Positions 28,097 to 37,657 of a DNA stretch of 64,000 bases are shown here, in pieces. The translations under genes and the position numbers were made by a program. Origin of the DNA: an uncultured Gemmatimonadaceae bacterium (lineage in GTDB: Bacteria > Gemmatimonadota > Gemmatimonadetes > Gemmatimonadales > Gemmatimonadaceae); the NCBI GenBank assembly GCA_963761305.1, contig CAVXGK010000002.1, forward strand, positions 2,560,001-2,624,000. The letters are read 5' to 3'. Under the pieces are notes generated by a model that ran no database searches, was not told the DNA's origin, and worked only from the letters and a program-made list of their open reading frames with translations. Numbering within the stretch: position 1 is the first letter of the stretch; every line of letters begins with the position of its first letter.

Positions 28097-29149
28097 ATGA
28101 CGCGAATCACGATGACCGCCTTCCTGCTGGCTTTCGCGACGCGCGCGAATGCGCAGTGGGCTCCGCAACAGAGCGGAACGAACGCCGAGTTCCGCGGCCT
28201 CGTCGCGGCCAGCGCGTCGGTGGTGTGGGCGAGCGGCACGCGCGGCCGCGTCGCGCGAACCACGGACGGCGGTGCGACGTGGACGATCGACTCGCTGCCG
28301 GGGGCGTCGACGCTCGATTTTCGCGCGATCGCGCCGCGCAGCGAACGTCTCGCCTGGGTGATGAGCGCCGGTCCCGCCGAGAGCGGGCAGGCGCAGATTT
28401 TCCGCACGACCGACGGCAAGAGTTGGACGAAGCAGTATTCGACGTCGCAGACCGGTGTCTTCCTCGACGCCATCGCGTTCTGGGACGACCGCCACGGCAT
28501 CGCGATGAGCGATCCGGTCGGTGGGACACTGTTCCTCATCGCGACGGACGACGGCGGAGAAACGTGGAATCAGTTGCCGACCGACGCGGCGCCGCCGGTG
28601 CTTCCGGGTGAAGCGGCATTTGCCGCCAGCGGAACGTGCCTGATCGTTCAGGGCTCGTCGAACGTGTGGATCGGAACCGGCGGCGGCGCTCGCGCGCGCG
28701 TTTTTCGCTCGACCGATCGCGGACGAACCTTTCACGTAGCTGACACGCCGCTGCACGGCGGCAACTCGGCGTCGGGCATCTTCTCGGTCGCGTTCAGCGA
28801 CGAGCGGCACGGCGTTGCTGTCGGCGGCGAGTACTCGAAGCCGAAGGAAGCGTTCGACAACGTCGCGGTTACCGAGGACGGAGGAGCGACGTGGCGCCGC
28901 GCACGCGGACCGTTGCCGCCAGGCTACATGTCGGCCGTGGCGTACGTGCCCCGCTCCGGCGGCCGCCAACTCGTCGCGGTGGGTTTGGCCGGCACGGCTC
29001 GCTCGGACGACGCCGGCGAGAGTTGGACGATGGTGGACACCGTCGCGTATAACTCGATAACGTTCGCTCCGAACGGCGACGGCTGGGCCGCGGGTCCGCG
29101 CGGGCGGATCGCCAAGTGGTCCCCAGCGCCGGCGTCGAGGAAGCCGTAA
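28097..29149 (+). CDS. Secreted BNR/YCF48-like beta-propeller protein
   Basis: Signal peptide, repeated TxDGGxTW boxes, GEAAFAASG motif. Confidence 0.85.
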   Translation: MTRITMTAFLLAFATRANAQWAPQQSGTNAEFRGLVAASASVVWASGTRGRVARTTDGGATWTIDSLPGASTLDFRAIAPRSERLAWVMSAGPAESGQAQIFRTTDGKSWTKQYSTSQTGVFLDAIAFWDDRHGIAMSDPVGGTLFLIATDDGGETWNQLPTDAAPPVLPGEAAFAASGTCLIVQGSSNVWIGTGGGARARVFRSTDRGRTFHVADTPLHGGNSASGIFSVAFSDERHGVAVGGEYSKPKEAFDNVAVTEDGGATWRRARGPLPPGYMSAVAYVPRSGGRQLVAVGLAGTARSDDAGESWTMVDTVAYNSITFAPNGDGWAAGPRGRIAKWSPAPASRKP

Positions 29150-29214
29150 GACTCGCGTCGGACGAGCTTCTCGGATCTCGATTCTCGCATCACCCCCCCC
29201 AGACGAGGGCGATC

Positions 29215-29877
29215 ATGGCTGCTGGACGAATTCTGCTCGTCGCCGTTGCGGCATGCGCCGTGTTGTCATGTAGTCACGGAGCGGCGAGCTCCTCGCCGGC
29301 TCCGGCATCGCCGGCTCCCCGCCCGTCGCAACCTGCGTCGAATCAGGCGACGCCCGCGCAGGAAGTGGTGACGTTGGCCCCGCGCCGGCCGCCGCCGTCG
29401 CGCGACAGCCTCGAGAAGCTGCGCGCGGTGTACGTCGCGCAGATCATGAGCCAGATCGCCGGCCGGGAGAACGACCCGGCCGAGCAAGTGTTCAAGAATA
29501 TTCAAGTGCTCAAGGGCATCACAGCTCGTGAGCTCGTCACGAAGATGGAAAAGGAATACGCGACGCCGCTCAGCTGGAACTGCACCAACTGCCACCGTCT
29601 CGCTCCGCAGGGGAACTGGGCCAGCGACACGTCGAACGACAAACGCCGCGCGCGCTTCATGCAGCAGATGACGAACGACATCAACCTCGTCCAGCTGCCC
29701 AAGCTCTACCCGAAAGACACACCGAAGGTGACCTGCGCGACGTGCCACCGCGGCTACAACGAGCCGCCGCCGCCCGAATACTTGCTTCCCGAGCGCGGCA
29801 AACCCGGTGGACTGCCCATCCTGCCGCCGCGTGGCCAATCGGGTCCGCCGCCGGCCGCGCGGCCGCCCGGCATCTAG
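29215..29877 (+). CDS. Diheme c-type cytochrome lipoprotein (reaction-centre cytochrome c subunit-like domain)
   Basis: Lipobox-like VLSC, VFKNIQVLKG, CTNCH, ARFMQQM and VTCATCHRG motifs. Confidence 0.82.
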   Translation: MAAGRILLVAVAACAVLSCSHGAASSSPAPASPAPRPSQPASNQATPAQEVVTLAPRRPPPSRDSLEKLRAVYVAQIMSQIAGRENDPAEQVFKNIQVLKGITARELVTKMEKEYATPLSWNCTNCHRLAPQGNWASDTSNDKRRARFMQQMTNDINLVQLPKLYPKDTPKVTCATCHRGYNEPPPPEYLLPERGKPGGLPILPPRGQSGPPPAARPPGI

Positions 29878-31499
29878 CGCGAGCCGCACTCCGCGAGCAC
29901 CCGCTTCGGCTCGGCGGCGTTGGGCAACAGCGCACGCGCCGCGCGAGCCTCGGCGCGCGCGCGCGCGCATTCGCCGCGGGCGACGTACGCTTCGGCGAGC
30001 TTCACGTGGATGCGGTACGATCCCGGATCGAGCCGCGCCGCCCGCTCGATCGTCGCGATGTGTGTGTTCGCGCTGAACGATGCGATCGCCGCCATCTGAC
30101 CGATGCTGCGCGTCACGGCGACCAGTCCGAACGCCACCGTCGTGAGCAGCGCGGCAAATCGCAGCCACGTCTGCGCGACGATCGTCCGATCCGACGGCGG
30201 CGCCAGCGCACCGGCGAGCGCCCACACGAAGTAGGCCGGAATCGCCACGATGAGCGCCGCGTCGAACGAGCCGACGACGATCGCCGCGACGAGCGTCCCG
30301 ATGAGCGCCATCGACATCATCACGTGTTCCTCGTCGGGTATCTCGCCGCGCGGCTCCGTCGACCGCACGTCGACGTACGCGCGCCGCAGAAGCCCGAGCA
30401 GCACCACGGCGATCGCGCCGAGCCCCAGCAACCCGCGCTCCGACGCGTACGCGACCCAATCGCTGCTCGGCCACGGGTTGGCGGTCGTGCCCTCGTCCGA
30501 CGAGAGCGAGGGGTCGCCGCGCGAGGCGTACTTGGGGTAGACGACCGGCCAGTTCCCCGGTCCGACGCCCAGCAACGGCCGCGACTCCATCATGTGCAGC
30601 GAGTTCGTGTATTGGATCAGCCGGCCGTGTCCACTTCCCTCTCTGTAGTTCACTAACCCAACCGCTGAATCGATGTACGGCGTGTCGCTCTTCCACTCGA
30701 GGCGATTGGGGAGAAGGATCGCCGCGATCACCCCGACCGCCGCGCCCGCGGCAAGCCGCGTCAGCCGCGGAAGTGTTCGTGGGGTTCGCCACTGCCCTCG
30801 GCTCAACGCGGCGGCGAGGATCACCGCCAACGCCGAGAGGATCACGGCGAGCCACGCCGCGCGCGTGCGAGACATGGCGAGAACGCCCGCGACCGCGACC
30901 GTGCCAAAGACACCGAGCGCGACGCCATAGCCGCGTCGCGCGGTGACGGTCACGTACACGAGCACCGGAATGCCGATCGCGCAGAGGTGCGCGACGAAGT
31001 TGCGATTGCCGAACGTGCCGCCGGGCGCGCGATTCAGGCTGAAGTATTCGGTGCGGAGACCGTAGGCCTGGGCGATTGCGGTCAGTGCGCCGACCACGAC
31101 AGCGGTCGCGAGGCTGATGAGCAGCGGTCGGGCCAGACCGGATCGACGCAGCGCCGACGCACACCAGAAGAGAGCGGCGCCGGCCGCCGAAATTGCCAGC
31201 GCTCGCTCCGCGGCCCAAGGGTTCGTCGCGCCCAGCGCCGACACGAATCCCGCGGCGAGGAACAGCACCATCGCCAGATCCACCACGGTCAACGAAATGC
31301 GAACCAGACGCGACGCGACGGCGAGCGCGGCGACCGCCGCCGCGACGATGAGAACGAGCTCCTTCGGCACGAAGTAGCGGTCGAGATCGAAAGCTTTGTA
31401 TGGCGTCGCGGCCAGCACGACGGCGACCGCGCCGGCCTGCAGAATTCTTAGCGCCAGGCGTTCGCCTTTGGCGGTGTCTGCCGGCCGAGTGGCGTGCAT
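29874..31499 (-). CDS. O-antigen ligase (Wzy_C) family membrane protein
   Basis: Multiple TM segments; GTFGNRN, SRTRAAW and PLLGVGPGNW motifs; TPR-like C-terminus. Confidence 0.8.
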   Translation of the reverse strand: MHATRPADTAKGERLALRILQAGAVAVVLAATPYKAFDLDRYFVPKELVLIVAAAVAALAVASRLVRISLTVVDLAMVLFLAAGFVSALGATNPWAAERALAISAAGAALFWCASALRRSGLARPLLISLATAVVVGALTAIAQAYGLRTEYFSLNRAPGGTFGNRNFVAHLCAIGIPVLVYVTVTARRGYGVALGVFGTVAVAGVLAMSRTRAAWLAVILSALAVILAAALSRGQWRTPRTLPRLTRLAAGAAVGVIAAILLPNRLEWKSDTPYIDSAVGLVNYREGSGHGRLIQYTNSLHMMESRPLLGVGPGNWPVVYPKYASRGDPSLSSDEGTTANPWPSSDWVAYASERGLLGLGAIAVVLLGLLRRAYVDVRSTEPRGEIPDEEHVMMSMALIGTLVAAIVVGSFDAALIVAIPAYFVWALAGALAPPSDRTIVAQTWLRFAALLTTVAFGLVAVTRSIGQMAAIASFSANTHIATIERAARLDPGSYRIHVKLAEAYVARGECARARAEARAARALLPNAAEPKRVLAECGSR

Positions 31500-31721
31500 G
31501 TGCGGGGAAACAAACCAGCCCGCTGCGTGCTTCGCCAGCGCGCCGGCCAGCGCATTGGGTGCGTCCTAATGTCGTGGTACGGCTGTTGTAAGAGGCAGAA
31601 TGGTCCGGAGCGTCAAAACGGCTGGCGCCGCTAGGTTACGTCACCTCGAGTCCGGCTCACTGCCGAAACGATGGTGTACAGACTCCGGAAGGCCAGCGCC
31701 GCGGGACTCCACATTCGCACC

Positions 31722-33725
31722 ATGAACATGAAAATCTCCAGCTCACACGTCGCGTCGGTCGTTGCCGTGTTGGTCGCCATGTCCGCCCCACTCGGAGCGC
31801 AGAACGGCGCTCAGGGACAGCGTCCCACGACACCGAATCCGGTCACGCGCTTCGACGCGACGGGCGCGGCGGACACCTCGATCTTCGCGCCGCTCAATCT
31901 GCCCCCGGGCAACATCTATCGCAGCGGCGACGGCTCGCCGGGACCGAAATATTGGGAGCAGCGCGCCGACTACGACCTGCACGGCACGCTCGACACGGCG
32001 GCGAAAGCGCTGCGCGGCGAGATGACGCTGCGCTACACCAACAACTCGCCCGACACGTTGCGGTTCGTCTGGTTTCAGGTCGAGCAGAATGCGTTCAAGG
32101 GCGGCTCGCTGAACTCCTACGTCTTCCCTGCCGAATCGCGATTCGGGGCGCGGAACTTCGAGGGCGGAGATTTCATCGACCGCTTCACCCAGGTGAACGG
32201 CGCGAAAGGCACCAAGGGTCCCGGCACGCCGCTCAAGATGCGCGTCGAAGGCACCGTGATGAAGGTCGATCTCGCCGCACCGCTGGCGCCGGGACAGACG
32301 GTGACGTTCGACGCCGCGTGGCACTTCAACATTCCCGAACACGGCGCCGACCGCATGGGTCGCGACGGTTCGCTCTTCGAGCTGGCGCAGTGGTATCCCC
32401 GCGTCTGCGTGTTCGACGACCTGCGCGGCTGGAACACCGAGCCGTATCTCGGCCAGGGCGAGTTCTATCTCGAGTACGGCGACTACAACCTGTCCGTCAC
32501 GGTTCCCGCGGGCTACCTCGTCGCGGCGACCGGTGTGCTGCAGAACGCGTCCGAGGTGTTGACGCCGACCCAGATCTCGCGCCTCGCCCAGGCGGCGAAG
32601 TCGGAAACGCCGGTGCACATCGTGACGCAGGACGAGATCAAGAGCGGCGCGGCGCGCCCGAAGAAGGAGGGCATGCTCACGTGGCGATTCGTCGCGCACA
32701 ACGTGCGTGACGCGGTGTGGGCCGCCGCCCCCGACTACATGTGGGACGCCTCGAGTTGGCAGGGACACATGGCGTACGCCTACTATCGCCCGAGCGCCAT
32801 CGAGCCGTGGAAAGACGCGGCCGACATGGCGCGCATGTCGATCATGGAATACTCGGAGCGCTGGTTCCCGTATCCGTACCCGCAGATCAGCGCCGTCGAG
32901 GGTCCGATCAGCGGCATGGAATACCCGATGCTCGCCATGGAAGACAGGAATCCCGACAAGTACGCGCTCTACAACGTCGTCACGCACGAGATCGGGCATC
33001 AGTGGTATCCGATGATCGTCGGCTCGAACGAGCGCATGCACATGTGGCAGGACGAAGGGTTCAACACGTTCATCAACTACTTCTCCGAGGCTCGTCGCTA
33101 TCCGGAGAAGGGCTCGTACGAGCAACGCGTGGCCAACGACCGCCGGGTCGTCGAAGCGTACATGCAGCACAACGTCGACATCCCGCTCGAGGTGCAGCCC
33201 GATCGCATCGACCCGCGGCTCCTCGGCGAGAACGCGTACGTGAAGACGGCGGTCGGTCTGGCGCAGTTGCGCGACGAAGTCCTCGGCCCCGCGGCGTTCG
33301 ACGAGGGCTTCCGCGAGTACACGCGCCGTTGGGCGTTCAAGCACCCGAGCCCGGCCGATTTCTTCAAGACGATGGAGAACGTGAGCGGACGCCGGCTCGA
33401 CTGGTTCTTTCGCCAGTGGTTCCTCGAGAATCCGCATTTCGACATCGCGATCGACTCGGTCGTGCAGAAGCAGGTTGGCGACGTCGACTCCGTGCAGGTC
33501 TTTTACGGAAATCGCGCGCGCGGCGTGCTGCCGATTCGCGCGCGATTCACGTTCAGCGACGGCTCCACGCAGGAATTCGACTACCCGGCCGAGGTGTGGA
33601 GCACGGACGAGATGAGCTACGACCGCATCTACGACTTCAAGGGAAAGAAGCTCACCAAGGTCGAGCTCGACCCCGACAAGCGGATCGTCGACATCGACCG
33701 GACGAACAACGTCTGGCCGAGATAG
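31722..33725 (+). CDS. M1 family zinc metallopeptidase (paralogue of 3405-5387)
   Basis: AQWYPR, GMEYPM, HEIGHQW and WQDEG motifs; signal peptide. Confidence 0.92.
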   Translation: MNMKISSSHVASVVAVLVAMSAPLGAQNGAQGQRPTTPNPVTRFDATGAADTSIFAPLNLPPGNIYRSGDGSPGPKYWEQRADYDLHGTLDTAAKALRGEMTLRYTNNSPDTLRFVWFQVEQNAFKGGSLNSYVFPAESRFGARNFEGGDFIDRFTQVNGAKGTKGPGTPLKMRVEGTVMKVDLAAPLAPGQTVTFDAAWHFNIPEHGADRMGRDGSLFELAQWYPRVCVFDDLRGWNTEPYLGQGEFYLEYGDYNLSVTVPAGYLVAATGVLQNASEVLTPTQISRLAQAAKSETPVHIVTQDEIKSGAARPKKEGMLTWRFVAHNVRDAVWAAAPDYMWDASSWQGHMAYAYYRPSAIEPWKDAADMARMSIMEYSERWFPYPYPQISAVEGPISGMEYPMLAMEDRNPDKYALYNVVTHEIGHQWYPMIVGSNERMHMWQDEGFNTFINYFSEARRYPEKGSYEQRVANDRRVVEAYMQHNVDIPLEVQPDRIDPRLLGENAYVKTAVGLAQLRDEVLGPAAFDEGFREYTRRWAFKHPSPADFFKTMENVSGRRLDWFFRQWFLENPHFDIAIDSVVQKQVGDVDSVQVFYGNRARGVLPIRARFTFSDGSTQEFDYPAEVWSTDEMSYDRIYDFKGKKLTKVELDPDKRIVDIDRTNNVWPR

Positions 33726-33797
33726 CGCGGAGCAACGTCGGACTGATAATTGTTTCGACAGCTCGACCAGTGGCTGGTTGGACCTTAGAATTGCCCC

Positions 33798-34445
33798 ATG
33801 TCGCGACTCGTCGTTCGCTGCTTCGCGGTGTCCGTCGACGGCTTCGGCGCCGGACCGGATCAGAGCCTGGATCATCCGCTCGGCGTTCGCGGACCGGAGC
33901 TGATGGAGTGGTTCTTCGCTACCCGGACCTGGCGCCGCATGCACGAGCGCGAGCCCGACGGTGAGACCGGCGTCGACGAGTCATTTGCGGCGCGCGGATT
34001 CGAGAACATCGGCGCCTGGATTCTCGGCCGGAACATGTTCGGCCCGGTGCGTGGTCCCTGGCCCGACGACTCATGGAAGGGCTGGTGGGGCGACGAGCCG
34101 CCGTATCACACGCCGGTGTTCGTGCTCACGCACCATTCGCGCGCGACGCTCCCGATGGCCGGCGGCACAGACTTTCACTTCGTCACCGACGGAATCGAGT
34201 CGGCGCTGCGTCAGGCCAAACAGGCCGCGGGCGACAAGGACGTGCGGATCGGCGGCGGCGTGGCGACGATCCGGCAGTTTCTCCAGGCCGGTCTCATCGA
34301 CGAGCTGCACCTCGCGCTGCGTCCGGTGCTCCTCGGCGAAGGCGAGAACCTGTTCCGGGGCGTGGACCTGCGGCGGCTTGGCTACTCGGTCGTCGAATCA
34401 ATCGCGGGTGAGCGGGCAACACACCTGATCGTGCGACGCGTCTGA
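33798..34445 (+). CDS. Dihydrofolate reductase-like / RibD C-terminal family protein
   Basis: SVDGF, GAWILGRNMF, PPYHTPVFVLTH and IGGG motifs. Confidence 0.9.
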   Translation: MSRLVVRCFAVSVDGFGAGPDQSLDHPLGVRGPELMEWFFATRTWRRMHEREPDGETGVDESFAARGFENIGAWILGRNMFGPVRGPWPDDSWKGWWGDEPPYHTPVFVLTHHSRATLPMAGGTDFHFVTDGIESALRQAKQAAGDKDVRIGGGVATIRQFLQAGLIDELHLALRPVLLGEGENLFRGVDLRRLGYSVVESIAGERATHLIVRRV

Positions 34446-34470
34446 TTCGCTCGCGCGCTCGCGCGGCCGC

Positions 34471-34980
34471 TCACCGTTTTTTCGCCAGGATCGTCCCGCG
34501 GCAGGTCGCCGCGCCGCAGTGGCACGGATAGCGTCGCTTGGCCGCCGGCGTGTGACGTTCCTCGAGCACGAACGCGTAGTCGTAGGCCAGTTCCTCGCCC
34601 GGCGCGATGTCGCGGATCGCCTCGATCCAGATCCGCTCGTCGTCGATCACCGCGTCGCAGTTGGGCGCGCACGAGTGATTGATGAATCGCGCTTCGTTCC
34701 CATCGACGGCGGCGTCGATCACGATGTCGTCGTCGATCGCGAACAGAAAGGTGTGGTGTCGCGCCTGCGTTTCGTCGTCGGGATAGCGCGCGTCGGCCTC
34801 TTCGCTCGTCACGCGCTCGCCCGTGTACTCGATGAGACGCGTGCCTTTGCGGATGCGACGGGTCGCGAATGCCCCGAGTCCCTGAATCGACGACGCGCGA
34901 ATCTCGAACGGCAGCTCCGATGCGGACTTCTCGCGCGTGCTTCCCGCCGCCCGCGGCGCGCGTGAGCGCGACCGCCTCAC
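34471..34980 (-). CDS. SET domain protein-lysine methyltransferase
   Basis: G.GAFA, ARFINHSCAPNC, GEELAYDY and post-SET C.CG...CRG motifs. Confidence 0.92.
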   Translation of the reverse strand: MRRSRSRAPRAAGSTREKSASELPFEIRASSIQGLGAFATRRIRKGTRLIEYTGERVTSEEADARYPDDETQARHHTFLFAIDDDIVIDAAVDGNEARFINHSCAPNCDAVIDDERIWIEAIRDIAPGEELAYDYAFVLEERHTPAAKRRYPCHCGAATCRGTILAKKR

Positions 34981-35540
34981 GTGGGCGTGTGCCGGGACTG
35001 AACGTGCGTGACGCCGCCCGAAATGATGAACGCCATCACGGCCGAGGCATCGGCTTCGATGCGCTGCACGCGGTCTGCGGGCACGACCAGGATGTGCCCT
35101 GCCAATCCGTATGACTGCGGCATGTACACGGACACGTGGCCCGACACGCCGAGCGACGCCAGCGAGTCGGACGTCAGGAACGCCAGCACTTTGAGCGAAC
35201 CGTCGGCCGAAAGCGATACGAGCACCGGCTTGTCGAACCGTCGCTTCTCGCCCACGAACGCGTTCAGCATGTCCTTGGCCGACGAGTACAGCAGCCGCAC
35301 GAAAGGCAGCCTGTCGAGCACTTCGTCGAGCGCGCCGACAAGGCCGCGCGTGACGAGCCCCGACGCGAGAAACCCGACGCCGAGGATCAACAGAACAGTG
35401 ATGAGGAAGCCGACGCCCGGAATCGGGAGCCCCAGCCAGCCGTCGATCGTCCGGAAGACCACCGCGCAGACGTAGACGGTGATCGCGAGCGGCGCGACCA
35501 CGACCAGACCACGGAGGAAATATTTGAAGAGGCGCGACAT
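34977..35540 (-). CDS. DUF502 family membrane protein
   Basis: YFLRGLVVVAP, LPFVRLLYSS.K and FIISGG motifs. Confidence 0.88.
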   Translation of the reverse strand: MSRLFKYFLRGLVVVAPLAITVYVCAVVFRTIDGWLGLPIPGVGFLITVLLILGVGFLASGLVTRGLVGALDEVLDRLPFVRLLYSSAKDMLNAFVGEKRRFDKPVLVSLSADGSLKVLAFLTSDSLASLGVSGHVSVYMPQSYGLAGHILVVPADRVQRIEADASAVMAFIISGGVTHVQSRHTPT

Positions 35541-35579
35541 GCCGACGCCAATATACACGCGCCCGGGAACGAGGCGCGT

Positions 35580-36911
35580 CTAGCGCGGCGGCTGAAGGCT
35601 GAGAAATACGGCGCCGCCGAGCGGCGTGAGCGTTCCATACGCGAGGCGTAGCGTCTCGGGCAAGCGAGTCACCAGTCCGCGGACGCCGAGGCCGAGCCGC
35701 CCGCGGTTGCCCGTCACGACGTCACGGGAAATGCCGAACGACAGCTCGCGAATCGTGAACGACTGTCCGAGGTCGCCGCCGAGGAACCCGAGATCGTCCG
35801 CCGTCTTCTGCACTTGCTCGGCGCGCCCGAAGACGGATGTCTTGTGTCCCAGGTCGAGCGTCGTTTCCAGCAACGCGCTCGCTCCGAGGTGGTGCGGCGG
35901 GACCGGCGCTGTCGGATCGTGGACGTGTTCGCGCGCGCCGTGGTGGTGCACGTCCAGTCCCCAGACGAACGCGCTCGACCAACTTCCGCCCCCGACGCCG
36001 TTCATCGCCGTGAGCACCGACGCGCCGTAGCGCTGCATGCCGGTGCCGGGATCGAGCGGATCATGATCGAACAGGTAGCCCATCCAGGCCGACAGCATCA
36101 CGCGGCCGCTCGCCGCGACGGACACGCGGCCCGAATACGAATCGAGCCGCGCGTCGGAGTATTCGGGGAGGTTGCTGCCGTCGTCCGACTCGCGCGCGTT
36201 GAACGCCGAGCCTTCGACTTTCACCCGGGTCGTGTAGAGGCCCGCTGTGACGACGCCGTTCTCGCCGTGCGTCGCGTCTTCCCAGTGATGCGCGAGCGGC
36301 GCGAACGGATCGTCGGCGTCAGACGGACGATGATTGAACGTGACCGGCCCGATCGCCGGCTCGCCCACCGCCGCGGCGTAGGTCGAGAGCGCGAGTCCTG
36401 ACATGAGCGTTTGGCCATACGATGCGGCGAGCTGCATCAGCGCCGGGTGCGGATGCTCGCGATTGGCGATCCGTGCGTCCTGGTACGCGCCGCCCGTTTG
36501 CAGGATCTCGGGATACCCGCGCGGGCCATCGACCAGCGACTCGAGGCTCGTTCCGATCGTCGTGGCAAAGACGCCGGTTCCCAGCCGGTGCATCGCCGTG
36601 GCCATCTCCCAGTCCGAGATGCCCAGCTGGCGACCGCCGTGAATCGTGGTCTGCGTGTCGAGTTGCACGAACATCGAGCCGTGCACCATCGTGCGCCACC
36701 CGCCGATCGACGCGTGGTACATCGGCACGACCGACGAGTCGGGCAGCCACGACGTGCCCGATCCCGTTCGAGTGGACGGAAGGCCCAACGGCAGCGGGAT
36801 GCCGCGCGTCTCCTCCATGCGACTCATGTCGTGCTGCGCCCGAAGCGGGGCCAAGAAGGGCTCGAGCGCCGCCGACACCATGGCGAGCGCGAGCATTCGC
36901 GAGAATCTCAA
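35580..36911 (-). CDS. Hypothetical exported, His/Met-rich protein, probably an outer-membrane barrel
   Basis: Signal peptide; GSGTSWLP, HPHP.LMQL, GEPA.GP..F.HRPS and PL.HHW.D.TH motifs; amphipathic strands. Start is TTG 36911 or ATG 36896. Confidence 0.7.
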   Translation of the reverse strand: MRFSRMLALAMVSAALEPFLAPLRAQHDMSRMEETRGIPLPLGLPSTRTGSGTSWLPDSSVVPMYHASIGGWRTMVHGSMFVQLDTQTTIHGGRQLGISDWEMATAMHRLGTGVFATTIGTSLESLVDGPRGYPEILQTGGAYQDARIANREHPHPALMQLAASYGQTLMSGLALSTYAAAVGEPAIGPVTFNHRPSDADDPFAPLAHHWEDATHGENGVVTAGLYTTRVKVEGSAFNARESDDGSNLPEYSDARLDSYSGRVSVAASGRVMLSAWMGYLFDHDPLDPGTGMQRYGASVLTAMNGVGGGSWSSAFVWGLDVHHHGAREHVHDPTAPVPPHHLGASALLETTLDLGHKTSVFGRAEQVQKTADDLGFLGGDLGQSFTIRELSFGISRDVVTGNRGRLGLGVRGLVTRLPETLRLAYGTLTPLGGAVFLSLQPPR

Positions 36912-37008
36912 TCGGTCGGCGGCCCAATGATCGGCATGTCGCCCAGCCTATCCGGCGACGAGCTGCGCGGTTCCTGCGACCGCCGATGAAGACACGTAAA
37001 TTTTCGCG

Positions 37009-37638
37009 ATGCCAGACTACCGTGCTTCCGTCCGCCACCTCAAGCGAGTCGATCCCGTGATGGCGCGCGTCATCGAGCGCGTCGGTCCGTGCCGAATCCA
37101 GCTTCGCGACGGCGGCACGCATTTCCAGGCGCTCGTCCGCTCGATCGTGTTTCAACAACTCTCAGGGAAAGCGGCCGGGACGATCCACGCGCGGTTCGTG
37201 GCCCTCTTTCCGGACGGCGGACCCGAGCCCGCGCTACTCCTCACATTTACGGACGCTCAACTCCGCGGCGTGGGGCTCTCGCGCCAGAAGATCGGATACC
37301 TGCGCGATCTCGCCGATAAGGTCGTGTCCGGTGGCCTTCCGTTGGACGCCGTCCATCGGATGGACGATGACGAGCTCATCGATCACCTCATCCAAGTCAA
37401 AGGAATCGGCCGCTGGACCGCGCAAATGTTCTTGATGTTCCGGCTCGGAAGACGCAACGTACTGCCGGAGCTCGACCTCGGAATCCAAAACGCGATCCGC
37501 CGCGCGTATGGCAAGCGCAAACGACCGAGTCCCCGACAAGTCCTCGCAATCGGCGCGAAATGGAGTCCGCATAGCACCGTCGCGTGTTGGTATCTATGGC
37601 GATCGCTCGAGAATGGGGATGGCCAAGGCGCGACCTGA
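37009..37638 (+). CDS. DNA-3-methyladenine glycosylase, AlkA/HhH-GPD family
   Basis: IVFQQLSGKAA, VKGIGRWTAQMF, DLG and W.P..TVACWYLW motifs. Confidence 0.92.
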   Translation: MPDYRASVRHLKRVDPVMARVIERVGPCRIQLRDGGTHFQALVRSIVFQQLSGKAAGTIHARFVALFPDGGPEPALLLTFTDAQLRGVGLSRQKIGYLRDLADKVVSGGLPLDAVHRMDDDELIDHLIQVKGIGRWTAQMFLMFRLGRRNVLPELDLGIQNAIRRAYGKRKRPSPRQVLAIGAKWSPHSTVACWYLWRSLENGDGQGAT

Positions 37639-37657
37639 CCCGGCGGCACGGAACCAC

